From positions 207,427-271,426 of the forward strand of contig CAZVZG010000001.1 of the NCBI GenBank assembly GCA_964630785.1: 64,000 nucleotides of DNA. Direction: 5' to 3'. Source of the DNA: an uncultured Phycisphaeraceae bacterium. Lineage in GTDB: Bacteria; Planctomycetota; Phycisphaerae; Phycisphaerales; UBA1924. The notes beneath the pieces are model-generated. The model did not search any database. It had not been told where the DNA came from and saw only the letters and a program-made list of their open reading frames with translations. A program made the translations under genes and the position numbers. Shown here one piece after another: positions 39,098 through 46,772 of the stretch (its first letter is position 1; each line of letters opens with the position of its first letter).

Positions 39098-40030
39098 CCT
39101 CCCCCGCCACCGGCGGGGGAGGACAGACTTGAGGCGCAGCCTCAAGTCAGGAGGGGGTGTGTGTCCCTCCCCGCATCCGAGCCCTCCTCCCCCGCGCCCC
39201 GCGGGGGAGGACGTTCGAGCGCAGCGAGAACCGGAGGGGGTGCGTCTCCGTCAGCTCACCCACACCTCCATCCGCCTTGAAATCGCGCTTCAAGTCTGTC
39301 CTCCCCCGCCGGTGGCGGGGGAGGGGGCTCTCACACTCCGGCTCGCCCCCGCCCGCGCGTGCAGCGTCTCCCGAATCAGCCGCACAACCGCGGCCCGGCG
39401 GAAGGTCACACCCCGCGCCGACACCCGCAACGTCTCGATGTTCCGGGCCCGCATCCACTCGTCGCGCCGCCGATCCGCGTCGCGCCGGCCGTCGTGCCAG
39501 TCGCTGTCGATCTCCACCACCAACGCGGCCTCGTGACCATAGAAATCAGCCACGTACGGCCCGAGCGGGTGCTGCCGCCGAAACCTGAACCCATCCAGCC
39601 GGTTGCCACGAAGCTCGGACCACAGAATCCGCTCGACCGTGGTCATCCTCTCGCGCAGCGCCCCCGCAAGTTCATCGGCCGCATCCGTAGGACGAGTCCC
39701 ACGCTGATAAGCCCGTGGCATCTTCTCAACATACCACAACCCCAAGCCCGCCTCCCCCGCGCCCCGCGGGGGAGGCAGATTCAAGCGCAGCGAGAATCGG
39801 AGGGGGTGTGTCTCCTCCCCACACCCCCTCCTGACTTGAAGCGGCGCTTCAAGTCTGTCCTCCCCCGCCGGTGGCGGGGGAGGCGGCTGCGAGAACCGGC
39901 GGGGGTGTGTCTCTCCGCATCTGAACCCCACCCCCTCGGTATCGCCCCCATGCCCAACCCCAAAGTGCCTCCTCCCCCGCGCCCCGCGGGGGAGGACGTT
40001 CGAGCGAAGAGAGAACCGGAGGGGGTGAGG
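39098..40030. repeat. Array of GC-rich 25-bp palindromic REP-like elements in two subtypes (cctcccccgcgccccgcgggggagg and cctcccccgccggtggcgggggagg) forming ~140-bp composite units
   Basis: Copies at 39098, 39186, 39300, 39752, 39859 and 39970; a further copy at 42001; composite units 39186..39324 and 39752..39883 flank the DUF559 gene. Confidence 0.75.
39290..39721 (-). CDS. DUF559 (Vsr-like) endonuclease domain protein
   Basis: 'FRFRRQHPLGPYVADFYGHEAALVVEIDSDWHDG...ETLRVSA' matches DUF559/very-short-patch-repair-like fold; 3' end runs into the REP array. Confidence 0.55.
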   Translation of the reverse strand: MPRAYQRGTRPTDAADELAGALRERMTTVERILWSELRGNRLDGFRFRRQHPLGPYVADFYGHEAALVVEIDSDWHDGRRDADRRRDEWMRARNIETLRVSARGVTFRRAAVVRLIRETLHARAGASRSVRAPSPATGGGGQT

Positions 40031-40158
40031 TAGAAGGTAAGAGGTAAGAGGTAAGAGATGAGCGGTGAGAGGGAAGAGGCAAGCGGCAAGGCGGGCTCGG
40101 ACAGCAGCCGTGGCCGATGCCCACCCACCCCCTCCCCCCGGCGCGTTACGCTCCCGTC

Positions 40159-41982
40159 ATGCCCTCGCTCAGGACCACCGTCGCCCTCGCGACCATCCTC
40201 CTCCTCGCGCCCGCCGCCGCGCGTGCCGACGATACCCACGCCTTCCACCACTACGCCGTCGCGGCCGATCATCCGCTCGCTTCGCGAGCCGGCGCCGAGA
40301 TCCTCGAACGCGGCGGCAACGCCGTCGACGCGGCTGTCGCCACCTCGTTCGCCCTCAGTGTCGTCCGCCCCTTCTCCTGCGGCCTCGGCGGCGGCGGGTT
40401 CATGGTGATCTACTCCGAGAAGAGCGACGACTCCGTGAAGGCGAGCGGGCCCCGCGCCATCGCCATCAACTACCGCGAGACCGCCCCGGCCTGCGCCGTC
40501 CCCGACTATTTCCAGAAACTCGATGACCCCCTCGCCAGCACCCGCGGCGGGAAGGCCTGCGCCGTCCCCGGCAGCGTCGCCGGCCTGCTCCACGCCCTTG
40601 ATCGCTACGGCACGCTCGATCGCGCCCGCGTGCTCGCGCCCGCCATCCGTCTAGCCAACGAGGGATTTCCCGCCGACGCCGCTTACGCCGCGGCCGCCGG
40701 CGGCCTCATCGCCCAGTTCGAAAAGCACCCCGATTGGAAGACCCGCTTCGCCTTCACGTGGGAGCGCTTCCTCGGCGCGGGCCAGGTGAAGGTCGGCGAC
40801 ATGATCCGACTCCCCGAGCAGGCCCGCGTGCTCGAAGCCGTCGCCGCCCGCGGGCGCGACGGCTTCTACACCGGCCAAGTCGCCCAAGACATCATCGACG
40901 CCGACCGCGCCGCCGGCGGTGGGCTCACGCTCGCCGACCTCGCGGGCTACAAGGTCGTCGAGACCGAGCCCCTCCGCGCCGGTTTCGACGGGCGCACGCT
41001 CATCACCATGCCCCCGCCCTCCAGCGGCGGCGTGGCCATGGCGGAGGTCTTCGGCCTTCTCGATCGCAAGCACCTCGCCGAGCAGGTGAAGAACCAAGCG
41101 TGGGCCGCGTACACGCAGATCATCGTCGAGAGCTTCAAGCACGCCTTCGCCGACCGCGCAACATGGCTGGCCGACCCCGCGTTCGCCGACGTGCCCGTGC
41201 GGCGTCTACTCAGCGGGCCGTACCTCGATCGGCTCGCGTCGTACATCGAGATCGGGCGCACCAACCCGCCCGAGCTCTACGGCTCGCGACCCGGCGACCC
41301 CATGATCGATCCCGGCCCGCCGCCCGAAGACGGCGGCACCAGCCACTTCAGCATCATCGACCTGCGCACCGACGGCGGGCGAGCGCCCATGGCCGTCGCC
41401 TGCACCGAGACGATCAACCTCCATTTCGGCTCGCTCGTCTCCAGCGACAAGCTCGGCTTCTGCCTCAACGACGAGATGGACGACTTCACCACGCGCTGGA
41501 ACGACGCGGCCAAGCCCGGCAAGCCGGAGCCTTCTCAACCCGCCAACGCCTTTCACCTCGTGCAGAGCGAGCGCAACCGCCCCCAGCCCGGCAAGCGCCC
41601 GCTCAGCAGCATGAGCCCGACCATCGTGATCGACGCCGACGGGCGCATCCGCGCCGTCGCGGGCGGCAGCGGCGGCCCGCGCATCATCACCGCGACCACG
41701 CAGGTCCTGCTCAACGCGCTCGTTCGCGGCGACGACGCCGCGCACGCCGTCGCGCGCAAACGGTTCCATCACCAGTGGAAGCCCAACCAACTGGAGTTCG
41801 AGCCCGGCTTCGACGAGCGCCAGGCCGGGCTCGGCGTGGAGACATGGATGCGCAAGCTCCACCACCACGTCGTCACCGCCCAGCCCGAGGAGACCGCCTG
41901 CGTCCAACTGATCCTGAGAAAAGCGGACACCCTCGACGCCGCGTCAGACCCCCGCAAAGGCGGAGCCCCCGCGGGCCACTAA
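40159..41982 (+). CDS. ggt: Gamma-glutamyltranspeptidase
   Basis: Signal peptide; autocleavage nucleophile 'GGTSHFS'; 'GGSGGPRIIT'. Confidence 0.85.
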   Translation: MPSLRTTVALATILLLAPAAARADDTHAFHHYAVAADHPLASRAGAEILERGGNAVDAAVATSFALSVVRPFSCGLGGGGFMVIYSEKSDDSVKASGPRAIAINYRETAPACAVPDYFQKLDDPLASTRGGKACAVPGSVAGLLHALDRYGTLDRARVLAPAIRLANEGFPADAAYAAAAGGLIAQFEKHPDWKTRFAFTWERFLGAGQVKVGDMIRLPEQARVLEAVAARGRDGFYTGQVAQDIIDADRAAGGGLTLADLAGYKVVETEPLRAGFDGRTLITMPPPSSGGVAMAEVFGLLDRKHLAEQVKNQAWAAYTQIIVESFKHAFADRATWLADPAFADVPVRRLLSGPYLDRLASYIEIGRTNPPELYGSRPGDPMIDPGPPPEDGGTSHFSIIDLRTDGGRAPMAVACTETINLHFGSLVSSDKLGFCLNDEMDDFTTRWNDAAKPGKPEPSQPANAFHLVQSERNRPQPGKRPLSSMSPTIVIDADGRIRAVAGGSGGPRIITATTQVLLNALVRGDDAAHAVARKRFHHQWKPNQLEFEPGFDERQAGLGVETWMRKLHHHVVTAQPEETACVQLILRKADTLDAASDPRKGGAPAGH

Positions 41983-42117
41983 CCACAACCCAAGCCCCCC
42001 CCTCCCCCGCGCCCCGCGGGGGAGGACGTTCGAGCGCAGCGAGAACCGGAGGGGGTGTGTCCTCGCACGCCCCCCCCACCAAATCCCAACACCCTTCTGG
42101 TAAGATGCCGCCCGCGC

Positions 42118-42177
42118 CCATTTGCCGCTTTGCCGCTTTGCCGCCTTTGCCCCCTTTGCCCCCTTTGCCCCATTTGG
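42118..42177. repeat. Tandem imperfect 8-9-bp repeats (TTTGCCGC / CTTTGCCCC, about six copies) immediately upstream of pspA
   Basis: 'tttgccgctttgccgctttgccgcctttgccccctttgccccctttgcccc'. Confidence 0.7.
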
Positions 42178-42186
42178 GAGCCCCCA

Positions 42187-42933
42187 GTGTTCCGACGCCT
42201 CTCCAACCTCATCCGCGGATTCTTCAGCCTCTTCGTCTCCGGCCTCGAAAAGGCCAACCCCGAGGCCCTGCTCGAGGTCGAGCAGGAGAACCTCCGCAAG
42301 CAGATCGGCAAGTACAACCAGGGCCTCGCCGGCCACGCCGGCCTCTGCGAGCGGCTCATGGGCCAGATCCGCTCCCAAGAGAAGGAAGAGCAGGACCTCC
42401 GCGCCCGCACCGCGGCCAACATCAAGGTCGGCAACCGCGACGCCGCCGGCCAGCTCGCACTCCGACTCCAGCAACTCCAGCGCGACCTTTCTGAGAATCG
42501 CACCCAGCTCGACCAGGCCGAGAAAACCTACAAGGACCTGCTCACCGCCCGCGACGTCGCCATCAACGCCGCACGCCAGAAGATCGAGTCGCTCAAGGCC
42601 GGCATCAACGACATGAAGATGAAGAAGGCCATGGCCGAGCTCAACGAGATGGCCGCGGGCATGGTCACCAGCATCGGCGGCAGCGGCGACACGCTCGACC
42701 GCCTCTCGCGCATGGTTGAGGAGGAACGCACCAAGGCCGCGGGCAAAGCCCGAGTCGCCCGCGATGCGCTCGACATGTCCGGCGTCATCGTCAAGGAAGC
42801 CGAGCAGAAGGCCCTGGCCGACCAGGCCCTGGCCGACTTTGCCGCGACCGAGGGCATCGTCCTCGAAGGCGGCCCCGCGGGCGGTGGAAGCGGGGGAGGC
42901 GGCGCGGCCGCCAAGAGCATGGGGCCGGGATGA
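42187..42933 (+). CDS. pspA: PspA/IM30 family protein (phage-shock protein A-like)
   Basis: GTG start after a 'gggag' RBS; coiled-coil PspA pattern 'FRRLSNLIRGFFSLFVSGLEKANPEALLEVEQENLRKQ'. Confidence 0.75.
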   Translation: MFRRLSNLIRGFFSLFVSGLEKANPEALLEVEQENLRKQIGKYNQGLAGHAGLCERLMGQIRSQEKEEQDLRARTAANIKVGNRDAAGQLALRLQQLQRDLSENRTQLDQAEKTYKDLLTARDVAINAARQKIESLKAGINDMKMKKAMAELNEMAAGMVTSIGGSGDTLDRLSRMVEEERTKAAGKARVARDALDMSGVIVKEAEQKALADQALADFAATEGIVLEGGPAGGGSGGGGAAAKSMGPG

Positions 42934-43022
42934 GCGCCGCGGGCGCGCAGGAGAGTGCGGCCTGCGCGAGAAGGTCGACCGTTCCGCGCCGCTGAGCGCG
43001 CACACTTCTGCTTCAGATCCAT

Positions 43023-43841
43023 TTGCTGCACGTCTCACACCCCGCCGCTTGCGCCGCCACCGTCCCGAGCGGCGAGCAGCTCCGCGTCACCCTCGCGACC
43101 CTCGCGCTCGGGTTCGTTTACGATCCCCCGGCCTTGTCTCCTCGACCAGCCCAACCCCGGCCGCTTTCGCCCGACGATGCCCGGGACCTCGCGCTCATCG
43201 AGCGCATCCGCGCCGGCGGTCCCGCCGATCGTGCGGCCTGGGGTGAGATGGTCCGCCTCTACCAAGACCGCATCTTCTCGGTCTGCATGAAGATGCTGCG
43301 CGACCGCGAGGCCGCGGCCGACCTCACCCAGGAGACCTTCGTCCGGCTCATCCAGGGGCTGGAGACGTACGACGGACGGTCCAAGCTCAGCACCTGGCTC
43401 ATCCGCGTGGCCATGAACGCCTGCCTGAGCTACCTGCGGGCCCAGAAACTGCGCAAGCACGCCAGCCTCGACGCCGGTCTGCCGCCATCACTTATTCGGG
43501 GGATTGGTGTTCGGGCTTCGGAAGGGGGATTGGGATCGGGCGGTCGAGCGCAAGGGGCGGGGCGGGAACAAACGCCCGGTCAGAGCGTCGAACTGCATGA
43601 GCAGCGGCGGCGTGTGGCCGCGGCACTCGCCGGCCTTGAGCCCGATCAGCGGGCGATCCTCATTCTAAGGGACGTGCAGGGCCTGGAGTACGAGCAGATC
43701 GCCGTCGTCCTTGAGATCGCCGGGGGCACGGTCAAGAGTCGGCTCTTCAGAGCCCGGATGGCCCTGAGAGAGGCACTCGAAAAACTGGAATCCCGCCCTC
43801 CCCCACCGTCCCCCCCTCCCCCCCAAGTCCCTCGTCCCTAG
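43023..43841 (+). CDS. ECF-type RNA polymerase sigma-70 factor (with N- and C-terminal extensions)
   Basis: Region 2 'DLTQETFVRLIQGLETYDGRSKLSTWLIRVAMNACLSYLR'; region 4 'LILRDVQGLEYEQIAVVLEIAGGTVKSRLFRAR'; start uncertain. Confidence 0.7.
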   Translation: MLHVSHPAACAATVPSGEQLRVTLATLALGFVYDPPALSPRPAQPRPLSPDDARDLALIERIRAGGPADRAAWGEMVRLYQDRIFSVCMKMLRDREAAADLTQETFVRLIQGLETYDGRSKLSTWLIRVAMNACLSYLRAQKLRKHASLDAGLPPSLIRGIGVRASEGGLGSGGRAQGAGREQTPGQSVELHEQRRRVAAALAGLEPDQRAILILRDVQGLEYEQIAVVLEIAGGTVKSRLFRARMALREALEKLESRPPPPSPPPPQVPRP

Positions 43842-43867
43842 TCCCCATTCCCCATTCCCTTCCGCAA

Positions 43868-45109
43868 GTGTTCCGCTACGACGACATCATCCGCGACCTG
43901 CCGGCCGGCCTCACCGAGACCGACCTGGTCGACATGGTCGACGGGACGGTGCCGGCCGAGCGGGAGTGGGTGGTGATCGACGCGCTTCAGGCCAACCCGC
44001 AACTGGGGCTGTTGGTGAAACAGCTTCGGATGGACCGCCTGGGCATGACGATGCTCGCCGACGACGTGGAAACGGCGCCCGCGAACATGAGGGAATCGAT
44101 CGAGGCTCGGCTGGATCGCCAAGCCCTGAACGAGCTGGTGCACGAGGCGGAAGAGGCATCCGCCCCGATCCCCATCAGCCGTGTTCAGCCGATCGGTTCG
44201 GGCGCCGGTCGCGGCCTGATCCGGGTCATCGCCGAGAGTGTGTGGGCGCGGCGAATGGCGACCGCCGCCTCCATCGCGATCGTCGGCGGCCTGGGCGTGC
44301 TGGGCGTCCGCGAGTTGCTGCGCAAGTGGCCGCGTCTGCCGGGGACTGTTCCGGTGGCTTCGACCGCGAGCGGAACTCAGGCCGCGCCGGGAGACGTGCC
44401 GGACGTGAAAATCGCCGGCGCGGGCGACGAGCCTGCTCCACCGGCCGAATCACAGTCGCCGACCGAGATTGCCGCAGGCCCCGCGCCGAACACACAGGCG
44501 CAGCCGGAGCAGGCGACCGAACGCCCGCTCACCGCGGCCGAGGCGGTCGCGCTGGCCCAGGAGGGTCGGCTCGTCATCACGGTGCGCACCTCGAAACTCG
44601 AAGGCACGCTTAAGCAGCTCGAGAGCATGTCGCGTGCGTCCGCCTCCACGGACATGCGCTGGCGCTCGCAGGACCTGGCCAACCTCCCCATCGAGATGGC
44701 GATGCTGGCCGTGCCGCTGCCCGACCCGACGCTGGACCCGCGCCCGCCGATGGACCCCGCGTTGGTCGGGCCGGTCCAGCCGCCGATCATGGCGTCGGAT
44801 GCGCACGCGGCCCCGGCCCCGGGCGTGCAGGCCCCGCGCCCGCAGCCCGCGGCGATCGGGTTCGCCCCGCCGCAGGTGCGCGTGCGGGCGATCCGCACGG
44901 TGCAGATGAGCGCGGACGTGCAGGAGCTCGAAGACCTGCTGAGCGACCTCAACGTATCCAAAGACGCGGTCGCGAGGTTCCGCGTGCTGCCCACGCCGAT
45001 CGAGGACCGCCCCTCGCTCGACCCCGAGAGCGTGCTGTGGTGGACCGCCGGATCGGACGGCTGGACGCACAGGGTCACGCTGCCGATTGTCGTGGAGACG
45101 GTCGAATAG
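43868..45109 (+). CDS. Putative anti-sigma factor (single-pass membrane protein)
   Basis: Immediately downstream of the ECF sigma gene; central TM 'AASIAIVGGLGVLGV'; Pro/Ala-rich periplasmic part. Confidence 0.45.
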   Translation: MFRYDDIIRDLPAGLTETDLVDMVDGTVPAEREWVVIDALQANPQLGLLVKQLRMDRLGMTMLADDVETAPANMRESIEARLDRQALNELVHEAEEASAPIPISRVQPIGSGAGRGLIRVIAESVWARRMATAASIAIVGGLGVLGVRELLRKWPRLPGTVPVASTASGTQAAPGDVPDVKIAGAGDEPAPPAESQSPTEIAAGPAPNTQAQPEQATERPLTAAEAVALAQEGRLVITVRTSKLEGTLKQLESMSRASASTDMRWRSQDLANLPIEMAMLAVPLPDPTLDPRPPMDPALVGPVQPPIMASDAHAAPAPGVQAPRPQPAAIGFAPPQVRVRAIRTVQMSADVQELEDLLSDLNVSKDAVARFRVLPTPIEDRPSLDPESVLWWTAGSDGWTHRVTLPIVVETVE

Positions 45110-45315
45110 CCGGCGCAGGCCCGCTGACTTGTGCGCGCACAAACAGCGCCGCCTACTCAGGCTCAGCATCGTCACCACAGAGTCACGCAGAGCACGAGGA
45201 ACGGCGCAGGCGTGACTGCGGGCGCGCATCGATTGCGGCCGCCTCCCGGCGTTCCTCCGTGATCTCTGTTTCTCCGTGGTGGCATCCCCGAGTCGCTGAA
45301 TGAACCGTGTTTCAA

Positions 45316-46395
45316 TCACGGACATCCGGCGAAGTACGCGGCCAGGAAATCGAAGATGTCCTGCACCGAGATGCCCCCGCTGTGGTTGAAGTCCGCCGTC
45401 GGGCTGTTGCCGAAGTACGCCGCCAGAAAATCGAAGATGTCCTGCACGGAGACGTCGCCGCTCTGGTTGAAATCGGCAGGGCAGGATTGATCGGGGACCA
45501 GGGCGATGTCGTTGACCGAGCCGAGCGAGGAAATGACGGTCTCCTGGTTGTTCCCGTCGAGGTCCATCCGTCGGATCTCGCCGTAGATGAACCCGTCGCT
45601 GTCGAAGTCGTTGACGTCTTGCCCCCAATAGAGCTTGCCGTTGGGCAGGTCGAGCACGATGCCCTTCGGCGGGCCGACGAACGTGCCGGTGAAGAGCGGC
45701 TCCATGTTGGAGCCGTCGAGATTCGATCGACGGATCGTGCGGGTCACGGCGTCGGTCCAGTAGATCTTTCCGGCCGCGGCGTCGAGCGCAAGGTTGCCCG
45801 GCTTGAAACTCGACCCGACCGTGGGCACCGCGACCTGCGGGTCGGACCCGTCGAGGTTGGAACGGTTGATGCGCCCGGTGGCGGCGGTGAGAGAGACGGT
45901 CCAATAGAGGCGGTTGCCGGCGTGGTCGATCGCCAGGCCGCGGAAGAACGACGTCGAAAACAGGGGAAGCCCGCCGCCCGCGAGCGGCGCGGACCCGACG
46001 ACCTCGTTGGTCTGATCGCCCCAGAAGAGCGCCCCCGCGGCGAGGTCGAGGCGAAGCGCCGAGGGGAACGCCAGGCCGGAGTTGACGACGTCCTGCTGGC
46101 CCGTGCCGTCGAGGTGGGCCCGCCGGATGACGAAGTTGTCCACGTCGGTCCAGTAGATGTAACCACCGGCGGCGTCGACGTCGAGACCGCGAACGCCGCC
46201 GCCGGTCGGGACAACCGTGTGCAGCCCGACCCCGTCCGTGCGGACGCGCCGGATCGAGTTGCCGTCCGGGTCCGCGGCGTTGAGCACGTCGGCGAAGATC
46301 AGGTCGTCAGCCATCGCGGGCAACGCCAGCGCGCCCAGCGCGAGCACGGCTATGAGGTGGAGGCGCATACAGGGCTCCCGGTGCAGGCCGCGCAC
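45316..46395 (-). CDS. Secreted YWTD-type beta-propeller protein with C-terminal tandem dockerin-like 'DIFDFLAAYF...GCP' modules
   Basis: Signal peptide 'LIAVLALGALALPAMA'; repeated 'YWTD/YWTV/YWGQ' blades; C-terminus 'ADFNQSGDVSVQDIFDFLAAYFGNSPTADFNHSGGISVQDIFDFLAAYFAGCP'. Confidence 0.7.
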   Translation of the reverse strand: MRGLHREPCMRLHLIAVLALGALALPAMADDLIFADVLNAADPDGNSIRRVRTDGVGLHTVVPTGGGVRGLDVDAAGGYIYWTDVDNFVIRRAHLDGTGQQDVVNSGLAFPSALRLDLAAGALFWGDQTNEVVGSAPLAGGGLPLFSTSFFRGLAIDHAGNRLYWTVSLTAATGRINRSNLDGSDPQVAVPTVGSSFKPGNLALDAAAGKIYWTDAVTRTIRRSNLDGSNMEPLFTGTFVGPPKGIVLDLPNGKLYWGQDVNDFDSDGFIYGEIRRMDLDGNNQETVISSLGSVNDIALVPDQSCPADFNQSGDVSVQDIFDFLAAYFGNSPTADFNHSGGISVQDIFDFLAAYFAGCP

Positions 46396-46523
46396 CCGCG
46401 TCGGATGCCCGCGGCTACAGGAGCCAATCTACCCCGGTGATCCACCGATTCCAGACGGGAACTTGCTCGCGGCGCTTGCGGAAGTGTGCTCGATGGGATG
46501 CGGAGCCTCGATCGGGCAGGGAC

Positions 46524-46607
46524 TGCGGGCGACAGGAATCGAACCTGCACGGCCTTGCGGCCACAAGATCCTAAGTCTTGCGCGTCTGCCAGTTCCGCCA
46601 CGCCCGC
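46524..46607 (-). tRNA. tRNA-Leu (anticodon UAG), type II with long variable arm
   Basis: Reverse complement reads 'GCGGGCGTGGCGGAACTGGCAGACGCGCAAGACTTAGGATCTTG...GCAGGTTCGATTCCTGTCGCCCGCA'; closely resembles canonical bacterial tRNA-Leu. Confidence 0.8.
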
Positions 46608-46772
46608 GGCGATAACGGCCAAATCCTAAGCGCGGCCGAAGGCTCTAGCGCCGGGTCGCTCCAGTCTTGGTCGCTACAGGAAAACAAACCGCGCGCCCGG
46701 AAATCGTCGGCAGCTTCTCGGCGCTGACTCGCCCCCCCCTCCCTCGCCCTCCTCCCTCTGGGAGGGGGAGGC

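Noticed and set aside
39098-40030. Possible CRISPR array
   Set aside because: The repeats are perfect palindromes of two subtypes with irregular spacing, and one interval encodes a DUF559 protein. They are REP-like, not CRISPR.
46217-46622. ORFs on both strands across 46.2..46.6 kb
   Set aside because: The region is occupied by a well-formed tRNA-Leu on the minus strand. The ORFs lack RBS and protein-like composition.
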